64,000 nucleotides of DNA from Candidatus Omnitrophota bacterium. GTDB lineage: Bacteria > Omnitrophota > Gorgyraeia > JABMRG01 > JAFGKX01. Positions 46,886 to 56,838 of the stretch are shown in pieces; positions within the stretch are counted from its first letter, which is position 1, and the number at the start of each line of letters is the position of its first letter. Position numbers and translations under genes: made by a program. The notes beneath the pieces were generated by a model. The model had not been told where the DNA came from and did no database searches. It saw nothing but the letters and a program-made list of their open reading frames with translations. The DNA lies in the NCBI GenBank assembly GCA_043797125.1, contig JAZDPX010000023.1:3098-67097 (forward strand), read 5' to 3'.

Positions 46886-49030
46886 ATGGTGGATAATATT
46901 GCAGATAAAACTTTAAGAAAGCCTCCTATTGAAGAGGAGGCTTTCGTCGATCTTTTTTTTAAGTATATTTACATTATATTAAAATACAAAATATTAATAA
47001 TTCTAGCTGTGTTGTTGGTCGCCCCTATTGCTTTTAGGACATTAAAGGCGAGGGAGCCGGTATTTCAGCCTAAATATAAGACAACGGCAAGGATAAGGGT
47101 GATGGCTGAGGGAATAGTGCAAAGAAGCGGCGATACAGCCAACACAATATATGCTGAAGACATGGCGCTAAGAAGGAAAGTGATGGATTTGACCAATTTA
47201 ATGAAGAGCTCTGTTGTGCTTGAAAATGCCGTTGAAAAAACATTTAATTTGACAGATAAGGATCAGATTGTATCATACGCTAGTGGATTTCAGGATCCTA
47301 AATCAGAGGTGTTTATTGTGACGGAGGAAATGAATTATATAAATATGTCAATTATTGAGTCGGATCCTAAAGTAGTCGTGGATTTTATTAATGCGGTGAT
47401 TGAATTTACCAGGGAAGAACTGTTAAACAGCAAAAGGCTTGTAGCAAAAGAAGCGCTTGAATCTTTGGAAAAGCAGCTAAAAGAAGCTCGTTACGATTTA
47501 GAGCAGGCTAAACTGCAATTAACTAAATTTATCGTTGAAAATAAAGTATTGTCCGAAGCCATGGAAGTGGAGGAGGGTAAGATCAAGGGCACATTGACTG
47601 AAGATGTTGATAAACTAGCCTTGCAACTGGTTGACATAAGGTCTCAGAGAGCCGGGATAGAAGAGTTTATAGCAGACATAAAAGATACCAGAGATACAAG
47701 AGGTGAAGTTGAAGCCTTCAGGCTGGTAATGCGTAAACATCCCGAACTGGTAAATGCAGATTTGCTTAACGATTTATCTAAACAGGAGGCGGAACTAAAA
47801 GAACTTTTACTTGTAAATAAAGAGGCGCATCCCGATGTTGTAAAAGCGGCGGAGAGATTAGAACAGGCAAAGCGTTTGATACAAAATGAAATAAACGCAG
47901 CCACAGATTCGTTAGTGAAGAATAACGACACATTAAACATGCGCGAAGAGAAAATGAGCAGTTTAATAGAAAAAGGTTTAAGCGATGTAATGATAGAGTA
48001 TTCGCACCTGCAAAGAAATGTGCGAATTAAAGAAAATTTAGCCGATAAGGTTGTGGATTCTTTGCAGGAACTGAGCCTGGCAACCAAATTAATTAGTACA
48101 GGCACATTTACAGTGGTAGACCCCCCGCTATTACCTGCAGCGCCCTTTAACCTTTATGAAAAGCAAAGAACCACTGTAAATTTTTTGTTATTTTCGCTAA
48201 TTTTTGGATTGGCGGCAGGTATAGGGCTGGCTGCTGTGATTGAACAGCTTAGCACAACAGTAAGAGATTTACAGGAAATAGAGAAAAGCTTAGATTATTC
48301 TATTTTAGGCGAGATACCGCTTTATAAAGCTAGCCATAAAGGAAGTAAATATTCGCTGCCGCTAAAAGAAGACCCTAACTGCATTGTAAGCGAAGCATTC
48401 AGAGGATTGCGCACAAATATAAAATTTCGTTGCGCTGATAAGGAAATCAAGACTATTTTAATAACCAGCCTGGTTCCTAAAGAAGGTAAAACCTTTATCT
48501 CTTCTAGTTTAGCAGTGGCCTTTGCGCAAACAGGTAAGGATGTGCTAATCATTGATTGCGACCTAAGAAAATCTACTTTGCATAAGTATTACGGAGTTGA
48601 AAATAAAAACGGCATAACACAGTTAGTTCAGGGTGAAGAAGGCATTCAGCCGGTTAATGCAGGGATACCGCACCTGGATATTTTACCCGCAGGCAAGCAC
48701 GCTCAAAACCCTGCAGAGCTTTTATCCTCCGATGCATTTGATAAGATTTTGAAAGAGCTAAAACAAAAATACGATCTTATCATTATTGATTCTGCCCCTT
48801 TATTTGCAGTAACTGACTCTACAATTTTAATCAAAAAATCGGACATAGCGATATTAGCAATAAGGGCTGATGTGACGCCTAAAAAAGCAATTCGCAGGTT
48901 AGCAAGGTTTTCCGAGGATATATATTCAAAAATATTGGGCGTGGTGTTTAATGGCATAGGAAGCCAAAAAAGCAGATATGGTTCGTATTACTACTACAAA
49001 TATAATTACTATGGCAAAGGCAAAGGATAA
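46886..49030 (+). CDS. wzc: Polysaccharide co-polymerase/BY tyrosine kinase
   Basis: 2 TMs, coiled coil, HPDV, EAFRGLRTN, PKEGKT, IDCDLR, IIDSAP, C-terminal YGSYYYYKYNYY; ATG 46886. Confidence 0.92.
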   Translation: MVDNIADKTLRKPPIEEEAFVDLFFKYIYIILKYKILIILAVLLVAPIAFRTLKAREPVFQPKYKTTARIRVMAEGIVQRSGDTANTIYAEDMALRRKVMDLTNLMKSSVVLENAVEKTFNLTDKDQIVSYASGFQDPKSEVFIVTEEMNYINMSIIESDPKVVVDFINAVIEFTREELLNSKRLVAKEALESLEKQLKEARYDLEQAKLQLTKFIVENKVLSEAMEVEEGKIKGTLTEDVDKLALQLVDIRSQRAGIEEFIADIKDTRDTRGEVEAFRLVMRKHPELVNADLLNDLSKQEAELKELLLVNKEAHPDVVKAAERLEQAKRLIQNEINAATDSLVKNNDTLNMREEKMSSLIEKGLSDVMIEYSHLQRNVRIKENLADKVVDSLQELSLATKLISTGTFTVVDPPLLPAAPFNLYEKQRTTVNFLLFSLIFGLAAGIGLAAVIEQLSTTVRDLQEIEKSLDYSILGEIPLYKASHKGSKYSLPLKEDPNCIVSEAFRGLRTNIKFRCADKEIKTILITSLVPKEGKTFISSSLAVAFAQTGKDVLIIDCDLRKSTLHKYYGVENKNGITQLVQGEEGIQPVNAGIPHLDILPAGKHAQNPAELLSSDAFDKILKELKQKYDLIIIDSAPLFAVTDSTILIKKSDIAILAIRADVTPKKAIRRLARFSEDIYSKILGVVFNGIGSQKSRYGSYYYYKYNYYGKGKG

Positions 49031-49910
49031 AATCGGCGCAAGGCGCCATTTTCTAAAATTGGCGCCGGGTGTAATTTTATTATTTTTTTTATGCGGCTGC
49101 CAAACCATTCCTGTGAAGAAAGTTTCGGATAATTCCAATACCCCTGTCTTGCCGCAAGAACAAGGGTATATCAACGAAGCGGAAATAGTCTATGCTGCTG
49201 ATATACAGGATAGAGGATGGGAACTTAAAGATTATAGCATGGAGACAGGAGATGTTTTAAACATTTCAGTCTGGCAGGTTGAAGATTTGCAAAAGACCGT
49301 AGTCGTGAGGCCCGATGGGAAAATATCTTTTCCTCTGATAGGTGACATCCAGGCTAAAGACGTTACTATTGAAAACTTGAGGCTTGCGCTAGAGGAAAAA
49401 TTAGGCAAGTATATAAGAGTGCCGCAGGTTTCTGTTATAATCGAGACCTTTGGAGGCAAAAGAGCCATAGTAATAGATGAAGCAGGAGGAGGCGGCATAA
49501 TAAGATTTGCAGAACCAATTAGAGCCATAGAAGCTTTGGCAATGGCCGGAGGTTATAGCTCCGACGTGAATCTGCATAAGATTTATATTATAAGAGGAGG
49601 CATGGAAAAGGGTAAGCCATCGCAGATAATTATTGCTGATGCGCATAAGATATTCAGGGAAGGTGATATGAGCCAAAATATATTAATTCAATCAGATGAT
49701 ATTATATTTTTAGCTAGAGGATGGCTTTCCACTCTTACTAATTTTGTAGGGCAGATGGATGCTCTTAAAAATCAGATAGGCAATGTTGTAACTCAGGCAA
49801 ATTATTATAGAAACATGGATAATGTAATGCCTTGGAATTATAAGACGACAGACGTAGACCTTCGAAAAGGCGACTTTGTCAAGGGTGACTGGGATACAGG
49901 CACGCAATAG
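49011..49910 (+). CDS. wza: Polysaccharide export lipoprotein (Wza/Poly_export-SLBB)
   Basis: Lipobox LCGC, GDVLNISVW, VRPDGKISFPLIGDI, EALAMAGG. Confidence 0.85.
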   Translation: MAKAKDKIGARRHFLKLAPGVILLFFLCGCQTIPVKKVSDNSNTPVLPQEQGYINEAEIVYAADIQDRGWELKDYSMETGDVLNISVWQVEDLQKTVVVRPDGKISFPLIGDIQAKDVTIENLRLALEEKLGKYIRVPQVSVIIETFGGKRAIVIDEAGGGGIIRFAEPIRAIEALAMAGGYSSDVNLHKIYIIRGGMEKGKPSQIIIADAHKIFREGDMSQNILIQSDDIIFLARGWLSTLTNFVGQMDALKNQIGNVVTQANYYRNMDNVMPWNYKTTDVDLRKGDFVKGDWDTGTQ

Positions 49911-49924
49911 GACAAACAAATTTT

Positions 49925-51640
49925 ATGAAAATTTTTTTTATAAGGTTAAGGAGAAATATTGTATTTTATCTAGCGGTAGGCTTGATTGTTGGTTTCTGGG
50001 CCGGCGCTGTTTTCTTACTTTATAACCCAATACTTTATGCAACTTCAGTCAAGCTTACCCTTTCAGATATAGGCAGGGATATTTTTGAAAAGCTAGGATT
50101 TACCGATAAGCCCGAAAAAATCCTATACGATGAAAAATTTGATTTTTTAAGCCAGCAGCAAAAAGAAAAGATAGACTTTTTTGTCGCATTTGACCATAAA
50201 GGTCTGACTATAGAGACAAAAGGACAAGACCCCGCAGAAATATTTAAGCTTACAAATGATGTTGCGGAAAGTTACGCCGCATTGATAAATAATGAGTCAA
50301 AAAACCTTAAAGAGCAAAGGGATAGCCAGGGCTTAGAGAAGATTCAAGCTGAATATAATAAATATAAAGAAGAGTCTGACAAGCTGCAAGAAGAATTAAA
50401 CAGGCTGGAGCCTAAATTAGATACGCTTGAAAAGCAGGAAAAAATGGTTGGCGATTCTCAAAAAGCCTTGGAAGAAAGGGTAGCAAGCCTGGAAATAAGA
50501 AAGTCAAACCTGCTAAGAATATATACTGAATCACACCCGGAGGTTATAGGGATTAATTTAGAGCTGGATACTTTAAATAAGAAACTGGGCGAATTGCCTG
50601 TTGTTGAAGGAGTAAATAACTTAAGACGCGACATACTGCAGAAGAAGGCAAGGTATGTCGAACTAAAAGAAACAATTGGCCAGATAAGCAAGCAGAAGGA
50701 GTATTTTCTACAGACGGTCATCCAGCCGCTAATCAGTATTGAACGATATGAAGCAGAACCGGCAAATCCCGTAGGCAGTTTAAGCATGAGCAACGTTTAT
50801 AAAATATCTATTTTGTCGGGGCTTTTAATCAGCTTAATATTTTCCATAATCATGGCAGGGGTTAAGGATGTTATAGTTTTTGAATCCGAAATTTCTAATA
50901 TACCAAACCTGCCGCTTATAGCGACAGTCCCGTTTTTAAAGCCAAAAAGAGGAATTGATATTGGCGCCCATTTGCTTTTTCTGTACGACGATTCTTCCGA
51001 ATATGTTAATGCTTACCGCAACCTAACAACACATATAAAACTAGATGCCTTTAAAGACAATATTGAAAAAAAAGCAATTGTAATCAGTAGCCCAAGGGAT
51101 AAAACAGGCAAAAGCACTGTTTCTGCAAATTTAGCTCTTACGCTGGCGCGCTTAGGGAAAAGCGTTGTTCTTGTAGACGCAAACCTTAATAAGCCGTCTG
51201 TTTCCAAATTTTTCGGAATAAAGCCGAAAGAACCCGGCATTTCAGATATTTTAACGGGTAAATCCAGTTTAGAAAGTTCATTAAAAGGCATCACAGATAT
51301 GCTTTTGGCAGGCATAGATTGGAATATAGCCACTAAAACCTATGGATTAGACAGATTAATGATTCTGCCTTCAGGCGGCAGAGTGTCTAACCCAGCCGGT
51401 TTATTAGAATCCAATAAAGTGTCAGAGCTTTTTAAGCAGTTGCGCGAAAGATTCGAATGTATTATTGTTGATTCTCCGAGTCTATTAAAAAATCCCGATT
51501 CGATTATTCTTTCAGCCAACGCAGACGGGATATTTTTGGTTTGCAAGATAAGCTCTACATCATACAGGGATGTGGTAAAATGCAGCAGGAAACTTACGGA
51601 ATTAAAAATACAATCTAAAGGTTGTATCTTGGCGGCTTGA
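49925..51640 (+). CDS. Second Wzc-like co-polymerase/kinase lacking the Tyr cluster
   Basis: YTESHPEV, DKTGKST, VDANL, IVDSP; ends GCILAA with no Tyr-rich tail. Confidence 0.82.
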   Translation: MKIFFIRLRRNIVFYLAVGLIVGFWAGAVFLLYNPILYATSVKLTLSDIGRDIFEKLGFTDKPEKILYDEKFDFLSQQQKEKIDFFVAFDHKGLTIETKGQDPAEIFKLTNDVAESYAALINNESKNLKEQRDSQGLEKIQAEYNKYKEESDKLQEELNRLEPKLDTLEKQEKMVGDSQKALEERVASLEIRKSNLLRIYTESHPEVIGINLELDTLNKKLGELPVVEGVNNLRRDILQKKARYVELKETIGQISKQKEYFLQTVIQPLISIERYEAEPANPVGSLSMSNVYKISILSGLLISLIFSIIMAGVKDVIVFESEISNIPNLPLIATVPFLKPKRGIDIGAHLLFLYDDSSEYVNAYRNLTTHIKLDAFKDNIEKKAIVISSPRDKTGKSTVSANLALTLARLGKSVVLVDANLNKPSVSKFFGIKPKEPGISDILTGKSSLESSLKGITDMLLAGIDWNIATKTYGLDRLMILPSGGRVSNPAGLLESNKVSELFKQLRERFECIIVDSPSLLKNPDSIILSANADGIFLVCKISSTSYRDVVKCSRKLTELKIQSKGCILAA

Positions 51641-51641
51641 T

Positions 51642-52442
51642 ATGTATTTAGAGCATTGGGGAATTTATGAGAAACCGTTTGAGAACACTCCGGATCCTCG
51701 GTTTGTATATTATTCCCCTATTCACGAAGAAGCTTATGCGCGTTTAAGATATGTAATTGACCAGAAAAAAGGCGCAGGCATGTTGACAGGAGAATATGGG
51801 GCAGGCAAGACCCTTCTTTCAAGAGTCTTGGTAAAGGAACTTCTTGACGGGAAGAATTGCGATATTGCTTTAGTGGTAAACCCCATGCTGCCTAATATAG
51901 ATTTATTGCGGGAGATATTGTTTCAGCTAAAAGCCGAGAAAATCCCGGGTTCTAAACTGGAATTACTGCACGCATTAAATGACCTTTTATATCAAAACTA
52001 TGAGCATCAAAAAGCCACTGTTATTATAATAGACGAGGCGCAGGCTATTGACAGCATCGATGTTTTTGAAGAATTGCGGCTTTTATTAAACTTCCAATTA
52101 AATGACTCATTTTTACTGACGTTGATTTTAATCGGGCAGCCCGAGCTGCAGGTAAAGATAGATAACATGCCCCAGCTAAAACAAAGGCTGGCAATGACAT
52201 ATCATTTAAACGGATTAGACGACGCAGGAGTCGGCGAATACATACGATATAGATTAAAAGTAGTAGGAGCCACAAGAAATATCTTTCTTGATGAGGCCAT
52301 AGACAAAATAAATGCTTATGCGCAAGGCATACCAAGGAAGATAAATAATGCATGCGAGGTTGCGCTTTTGCAGGGTATGTTTGAAAAAAAAGCAGAAATA
52401 GACGAAGCATTGATAGATAAGGTGATAAAGGATTTGTCATAA
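51642..52442 (+). CDS. ExeA/GspA-like AAA ATPase
   Basis: EKPFENTPDP, GEYGAGKT, IIDEAQ, LIGQPEL, QRL, GIPRKIN. Confidence 0.9.
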   Translation: MYLEHWGIYEKPFENTPDPRFVYYSPIHEEAYARLRYVIDQKKGAGMLTGEYGAGKTLLSRVLVKELLDGKNCDIALVVNPMLPNIDLLREILFQLKAEKIPGSKLELLHALNDLLYQNYEHQKATVIIIDEAQAIDSIDVFEELRLLLNFQLNDSFLLTLILIGQPELQVKIDNMPQLKQRLAMTYHLNGLDDAGVGEYIRYRLKVVGATRNIFLDEAIDKINAYAQGIPRKINNACEVALLQGMFEKKAEIDEALIDKVIKDLS

Positions 52443-53497
52443 TGATTAGAATAAGCGATATTATGAAGATGCATCCCGCCGGCGGCCCCGGCAAGAAAGA
52501 TCAGTTTAGGGAAACCCCGTCGCTTTTAGAAAAGGCTATTAAGGGCGATGTCAGCGGAGGGATAAAAAACTCCTACATGCAGGGAATGAATTTATTAGAC
52601 GATGTTTTTAAAAAAGCCAGGCGCGCGAGGGATTTAGGGGTTGGGGAGGCAGAGGAGTTCATAGCAAATACAGTGGATTTTAAATCTATAACAAGATATT
52701 TAAACCAGCTTGTTGACTCTCTATTGCTGGATAAGGGAGAGATGTTTGATTATTTTTATAACTACAGGCACACGGGTTATGTATATGAGCATTCGCTTAA
52801 TGTGTGTTTATTAACCGTCAAAATAGGCATGTGGCTGGATATGAACAAATCTAATTTAATTGATATGGCGTTAGGCGGCCTGCTGCACGACATAGGATTA
52901 ATAAGCGTAGAAGATATTATTTCTTCTCCGCGAAGGTTAAGACACAAGGAAAGGTTAAAAGTTAAAGCCCATCCTTTATATGGTGCGGATATATTAAAAA
53001 AGATAAGAGATTTTACAGATGAGGCGCTTAGCGCTGTCAGGGCCCACCACAGAAGATTGAGCGATAAAGATTTTACCAGGGAAGTCGGCGACCAAAAGAT
53101 ACAGCAGATGGTTCAGGTAATTGGATTAGCGGATGTTTATGAGGCTATTACCCATCCGCGCAGTTATAAACCAGCCAAACTGCCTCACGAAGCAATAAAG
53201 GAGCTTGTAGAAAAAGAGTCAACCAATTTTCAATCAACAATAATAAAGTCTTTAATCGAAAACATAGGCATTTATCCGATAGGCAGCTGGGTAAGGATTA
53301 CTAACGGAGAAATTGGTATCGTAGTCCACATTAATAAAAACTATCCGCTTAGGCCTCGGGTGAATATTGTATTTGATGTAAGGGGCAATAGGTTGCCTGA
53401 GACAAAACAGATGGATTTGCTGACCGAACCGCATCTTCATATCGAGTCACCTGTGGATTTAGATAAAAATAAAGAATTGATAGATAAACTAAAATAG
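52442..53497 (+). CDS. HD-GYP-like phosphohydrolase (GYP motif absent)
   Basis: HSLNV, LLHDIG, HP, HH, ADVYEA...RSYK, GIYPIGS.V. Confidence 0.8.
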   Translation: MIRISDIMKMHPAGGPGKKDQFRETPSLLEKAIKGDVSGGIKNSYMQGMNLLDDVFKKARRARDLGVGEAEEFIANTVDFKSITRYLNQLVDSLLLDKGEMFDYFYNYRHTGYVYEHSLNVCLLTVKIGMWLDMNKSNLIDMALGGLLHDIGLISVEDIISSPRRLRHKERLKVKAHPLYGADILKKIRDFTDEALSAVRAHHRRLSDKDFTREVGDQKIQQMVQVIGLADVYEAITHPRSYKPAKLPHEAIKELVEKESTNFQSTIIKSLIENIGIYPIGSWVRITNGEIGIVVHINKNYPLRPRVNIVFDVRGNRLPETKQMDLLTEPHLHIESPVDLDKNKELIDKLK

Positions 53498-53506
53498 GCC
53501 AAAAAA

Positions 53507-55297
53507 ATGAAAATCCCATTTTCTATCAGCCTAATAGCAAAGATAGCATTGATAGTAGTGTTTTTTATAATATTATTTATTGTTTATAACAATTTTGTGC
53601 TGGACAAATCATTAGCAGCCCTGGATGCATCTTTGCAAACCATGGGTACGGGGGAGGCTTCAGGCATAGGGCTGTTATTAAATGTTGATAGTATCAGCGA
53701 AGTAGTTAAGGGCAATTTTGACGAGTCTCGCTTAGCTACGCTGGATTATTTAGATACAAGCATCCAAGAAGGCGGCGGATCAGTTGATACGCAGATAATC
53801 CTATCGAATTTAATAAATGAAAAGGCCGGGGACAGGCCGGAGTTTTTAAGGGCGCTTGATAATTATGCGCTCGTTATTAAGCGCGGCATAAGAAATATAT
53901 TCGGGCTTAAAGATGAAAAAGAGCAGGAATTAAAGGAGAGCTTAGTTGAAGCAGTAGAAGCCCACCACGAGGGAGATGTTAATAAGGCCGCAAGTTTATA
54001 TGCGGATATTATCAGATCAGCCGGCGTAAGCCAATACGGAGACATAGCCAAGGCCCTTTTAGAAAATTTGAACAAACAGGCACTCTTAAGAGAACAGCGG
54101 GATAAATTAGCCGCTGAACTTAAGCAGTTAAGCGATTCCGACGAGATCTCAAATGCGTATTTAGAAATCGGATTAGTGGAAACCCAGCTGCTGGATTTTG
54201 ACCAAGCCAAATACTATTTTAATAAAGTTTTGGAAACAACACCAAGTTCCCCATTGGTTACAAAGGCGAAATTTTATTTAGGCTGGATAAGCAAACAGAC
54301 AGGGCAGTTAGAAGAGAGTATGAAATATTTTCAAGAGCTTCTTAACGAATCTACCGATGAAAAAATGGTTTTGAGCAGCAAGCTTCAGATAGCGGATGCC
54401 TTCAAGCGAAAAGGCGACGTAGTAAAAGCCGCGCAGTTATACAGAAGCGCAGCGCACGAACACGGCGATTCTAAAGTTGCCTCAGAGTCTTTGACGCTTT
54501 CAAAATTCGCATATCTTTTTAATTTAAAAGACCCTAAAAAGGCAAATGAGGTATCAGCTGAGCTTATGACCCAATACCCAAACTCATCATTATCAGCATC
54601 GGCAGGAAAGATAAATACAGGGCGAGTTTCTCTCGAGGGCTTGCCAATGCCGGAGAAAGGCTTTAAGGAAAAGGCGCTCCAGCAAATACGCGCAACAGTT
54701 CCTGCAGTTGATAAGGCATTAATATGGGGGGAGGATGTTTCTTCAAAATTTGCACTTAATATTATCAAAGATGGTATTGATAAAGCAATTAAAAAGAACA
54801 TATCCAAGGGTTCTCGATTAACTATTGATGTGGATCCAAACTTTATAGTTGAGAGTCTTGAGCAGACGCTAAAGTCCGCTGCCAGCTCTAAGGGTTTTGG
54901 TTTTACTGGATTCACGCTTAAGTTTCCAAAGCCAAATTATCTTGAAGCTGATGGGTTTCTTAAGATAGGCCCAACAAATTTTAAATTTTACACATTAATT
55001 AAACTAAGCTTTGTAGACAATTCTAAAATATATTTTGCCGATAAGTTAGAGTACAATCCCAAAAATTGGACCATAGCTACTATATTGGAAGCTAAATTAG
55101 GGTTAATTCCAATACCAGTCAATTCAGCTAATAATGTGCTCATCAAGGCTCATAAAATATTTAATCAAAAGCAGATATTCGTAATAGATGATTTTTCCTT
55201 GACGCAGAGCAGAATGTATTTTACGGGTATATTGCGTTTGACCCAGGAAGAATTATTAATAGAATTAAATTCTTTAAACGAATATTCAAACAGCTAA
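53507..55297 (+). CDS. Membrane-anchored TPR protein
   Basis: N-terminal TM, several TPR-like helix pairs (AKFYLGW, YPNS). Confidence 0.7.
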   Translation: MKIPFSISLIAKIALIVVFFIILFIVYNNFVLDKSLAALDASLQTMGTGEASGIGLLLNVDSISEVVKGNFDESRLATLDYLDTSIQEGGGSVDTQIILSNLINEKAGDRPEFLRALDNYALVIKRGIRNIFGLKDEKEQELKESLVEAVEAHHEGDVNKAASLYADIIRSAGVSQYGDIAKALLENLNKQALLREQRDKLAAELKQLSDSDEISNAYLEIGLVETQLLDFDQAKYYFNKVLETTPSSPLVTKAKFYLGWISKQTGQLEESMKYFQELLNESTDEKMVLSSKLQIADAFKRKGDVVKAAQLYRSAAHEHGDSKVASESLTLSKFAYLFNLKDPKKANEVSAELMTQYPNSSLSASAGKINTGRVSLEGLPMPEKGFKEKALQQIRATVPAVDKALIWGEDVSSKFALNIIKDGIDKAIKKNISKGSRLTIDVDPNFIVESLEQTLKSAASSKGFGFTGFTLKFPKPNYLEADGFLKIGPTNFKFYTLIKLSFVDNSKIYFADKLEYNPKNWTIATILEAKLGLIPIPVNSANNVLIKAHKIFNQKQIFVIDDFSLTQSRMYFTGILRLTQEELLIELNSLNEYSNS

Positions 55298-55305
55298 GGA
55301 CAAAA

Positions 55306-56568
55306 ATGCGAACATTAGAACAGATCAAAAAAAGAAAAAAGGTAATTATAATATCCGTTATTTTAGCAGGTTTACTGGGGCTGTTTTCTTATTTAATTAT
55401 ACAGCCAGTATATAAAGCAACCGTAGAAATTGCAGTTAACGCTACCGATAAAATTGACGGGCTTTCCAAAGATAATATTAGCGCTGCAGAATATCTTAAA
55501 TATCAGGCAGGCATTGTGAAAAGTAACGATGTGGTAGATGATGTAATTGAGAAATTACATTTACGTATGAGTAATATTCTGGATCAGAAACACCCGAGAG
55601 AAAGCTTTTTAGGGCATATAAATGTCGAGGCCGTCGGAAATAACCTTATTAAAATAACGGCAATTGCGGATACCCCACAGTTGGCAGTCGGCATGGCTTT
55701 CGGACTTGCAAATTCATTTTTAGAGTTTCATAAAGATAATAGTTTTTTTATTGCAGAAGAGGCTATTAAATGGCTTTCCACAACCAGTATGTTGGCTAAA
55801 GAACTATCAGCCGCAGAGAATAATTTTTTAAATTTTCTAAAAGAAAATAATATGCAGGACCCGCAGGAAGTAATAAACGTATATCCTGAAACAATAAAAA
55901 GATTAGATGATGAAAAAATACAAGTTTCAGCTGCCTTGCAGGAAAGTAAAGGCATTTTAGAAAAACTTAACGAGCTCACCTCTCAAAATGATCTGGTAAT
56001 CACTGTTGCCGGAAGCTCTGACCAATTAATAAAAAATTTGTTGGGTAATTATGCGGAGGAATATAATAAGATACAATTTGAGATGGATAACTTGTTAAAG
56101 ACATACCAGCCAAACCATCCCAAAATTGTTGAATTAAGCCAGCAAAGAGATTTTATAAATAAAGATGTAAATGCCAAGATGCAGGATTTGCTTAAAAAGT
56201 CTAAAGACGGCATAGATTATGCGGAAAAAAGAATTCCTGAAATTGATTCAGAGGTTGAGAAGAAAAACAAAGAGTATTCTGAATTATTAGCAAAAAAGAA
56301 AGAGTTTGATATGCTGAAGGCAGGTTTGGAAAACGCAACAAGCCTGTATGAAAAAGCGCAAGAACAGCTTAAAAGCGGCGGCATTTCTGTCATTTCTGTT
56401 TCAATGATAGGTTCCGCGCAAACCGGCAGCGTTCCTGTTGCCAAAATCAAGCCGTTTAAACTGCTTTTTGTTATATTTTTGTTAAGCGGTTTTATTATAG
56501 GCGTTTTAATGGCCCTCTTTCTTGAGCGTTCAAGTATGCAGCATAGGGTTCCTGCAGCTACAAATTAG
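55306..56568 (+). CDS. Wzz/GumC-like chain-length protein without kinase domain
   Basis: TM-PVYKAT, coiled coil, YQPNHPKI, C-terminal TM. Confidence 0.8.
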   Translation: MRTLEQIKKRKKVIIISVILAGLLGLFSYLIIQPVYKATVEIAVNATDKIDGLSKDNISAAEYLKYQAGIVKSNDVVDDVIEKLHLRMSNILDQKHPRESFLGHINVEAVGNNLIKITAIADTPQLAVGMAFGLANSFLEFHKDNSFFIAEEAIKWLSTTSMLAKELSAAENNFLNFLKENNMQDPQEVINVYPETIKRLDDEKIQVSAALQESKGILEKLNELTSQNDLVITVAGSSDQLIKNLLGNYAEEYNKIQFEMDNLLKTYQPNHPKIVELSQQRDFINKDVNAKMQDLLKKSKDGIDYAEKRIPEIDSEVEKKNKEYSELLAKKKEFDMLKAGLENATSLYEKAQEQLKSGGISVISVSMIGSAQTGSVPVAKIKPFKLLFVIFLLSGFIIGVLMALFLERSSMQHRVPAATN

Positions 56569-56572
56569 TAAG

Positions 56573-56630
56573 GTCCCTCCAATGTTCCTGTCCGTCGCAT
56601 TGTCGGGACAAAATTTTCTCCGAAAATTTT
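56573..56630 (+). repeat. 58-nt structured leader, copy 1, directly before tRNA-Ser(CGA)
   Basis: 52/58 identical to 57682-57739; GTCCC/GGGAC and AAAATTTTC/GAAAATTTT stems. Confidence 0.85.
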
Positions 56631-56720
56631 GGAGAGATGGCTGAGCGGTTGAAAGCGGTCGCCTCGAAAGCGATTAGGCCTTAACAGGTCTCGGGGGTTC
56701 AAATCCTCCTCTCTCCGCCA
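56631..56720 (+). tRNA. tRNA-Ser (anticodon CGA)
   Basis: GGAGAGA/TCTCTCC acceptor stem, GTCGC-CTCGAAA-GCGAT anticodon arm, long variable arm, GGTTCAAATC, GCCA end. Confidence 0.95.
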
Positions 56721-56820
56721 TTCTGCTTCGCCGTGCTACTTGCGTGCACGGCTTCGCAGGAATGAAGCAGAATGTTTCTACGAAGCCCTACCATAATTTT
56801 TCATACGGAAGGGCGAAGTT
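56719..56820. repeat. Palindromic trailer after tRNA (CTTCG/CGAAG-rich REP-like element)
   Basis: CATTCTGCTTC/GAAGCAGAATG and GCCGTGC/GCACGGC stems; CGAAGCCC...GGGCGAAG. Confidence 0.55.
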
Positions 56821-56838
56821 GAACAATATATTTTTACA

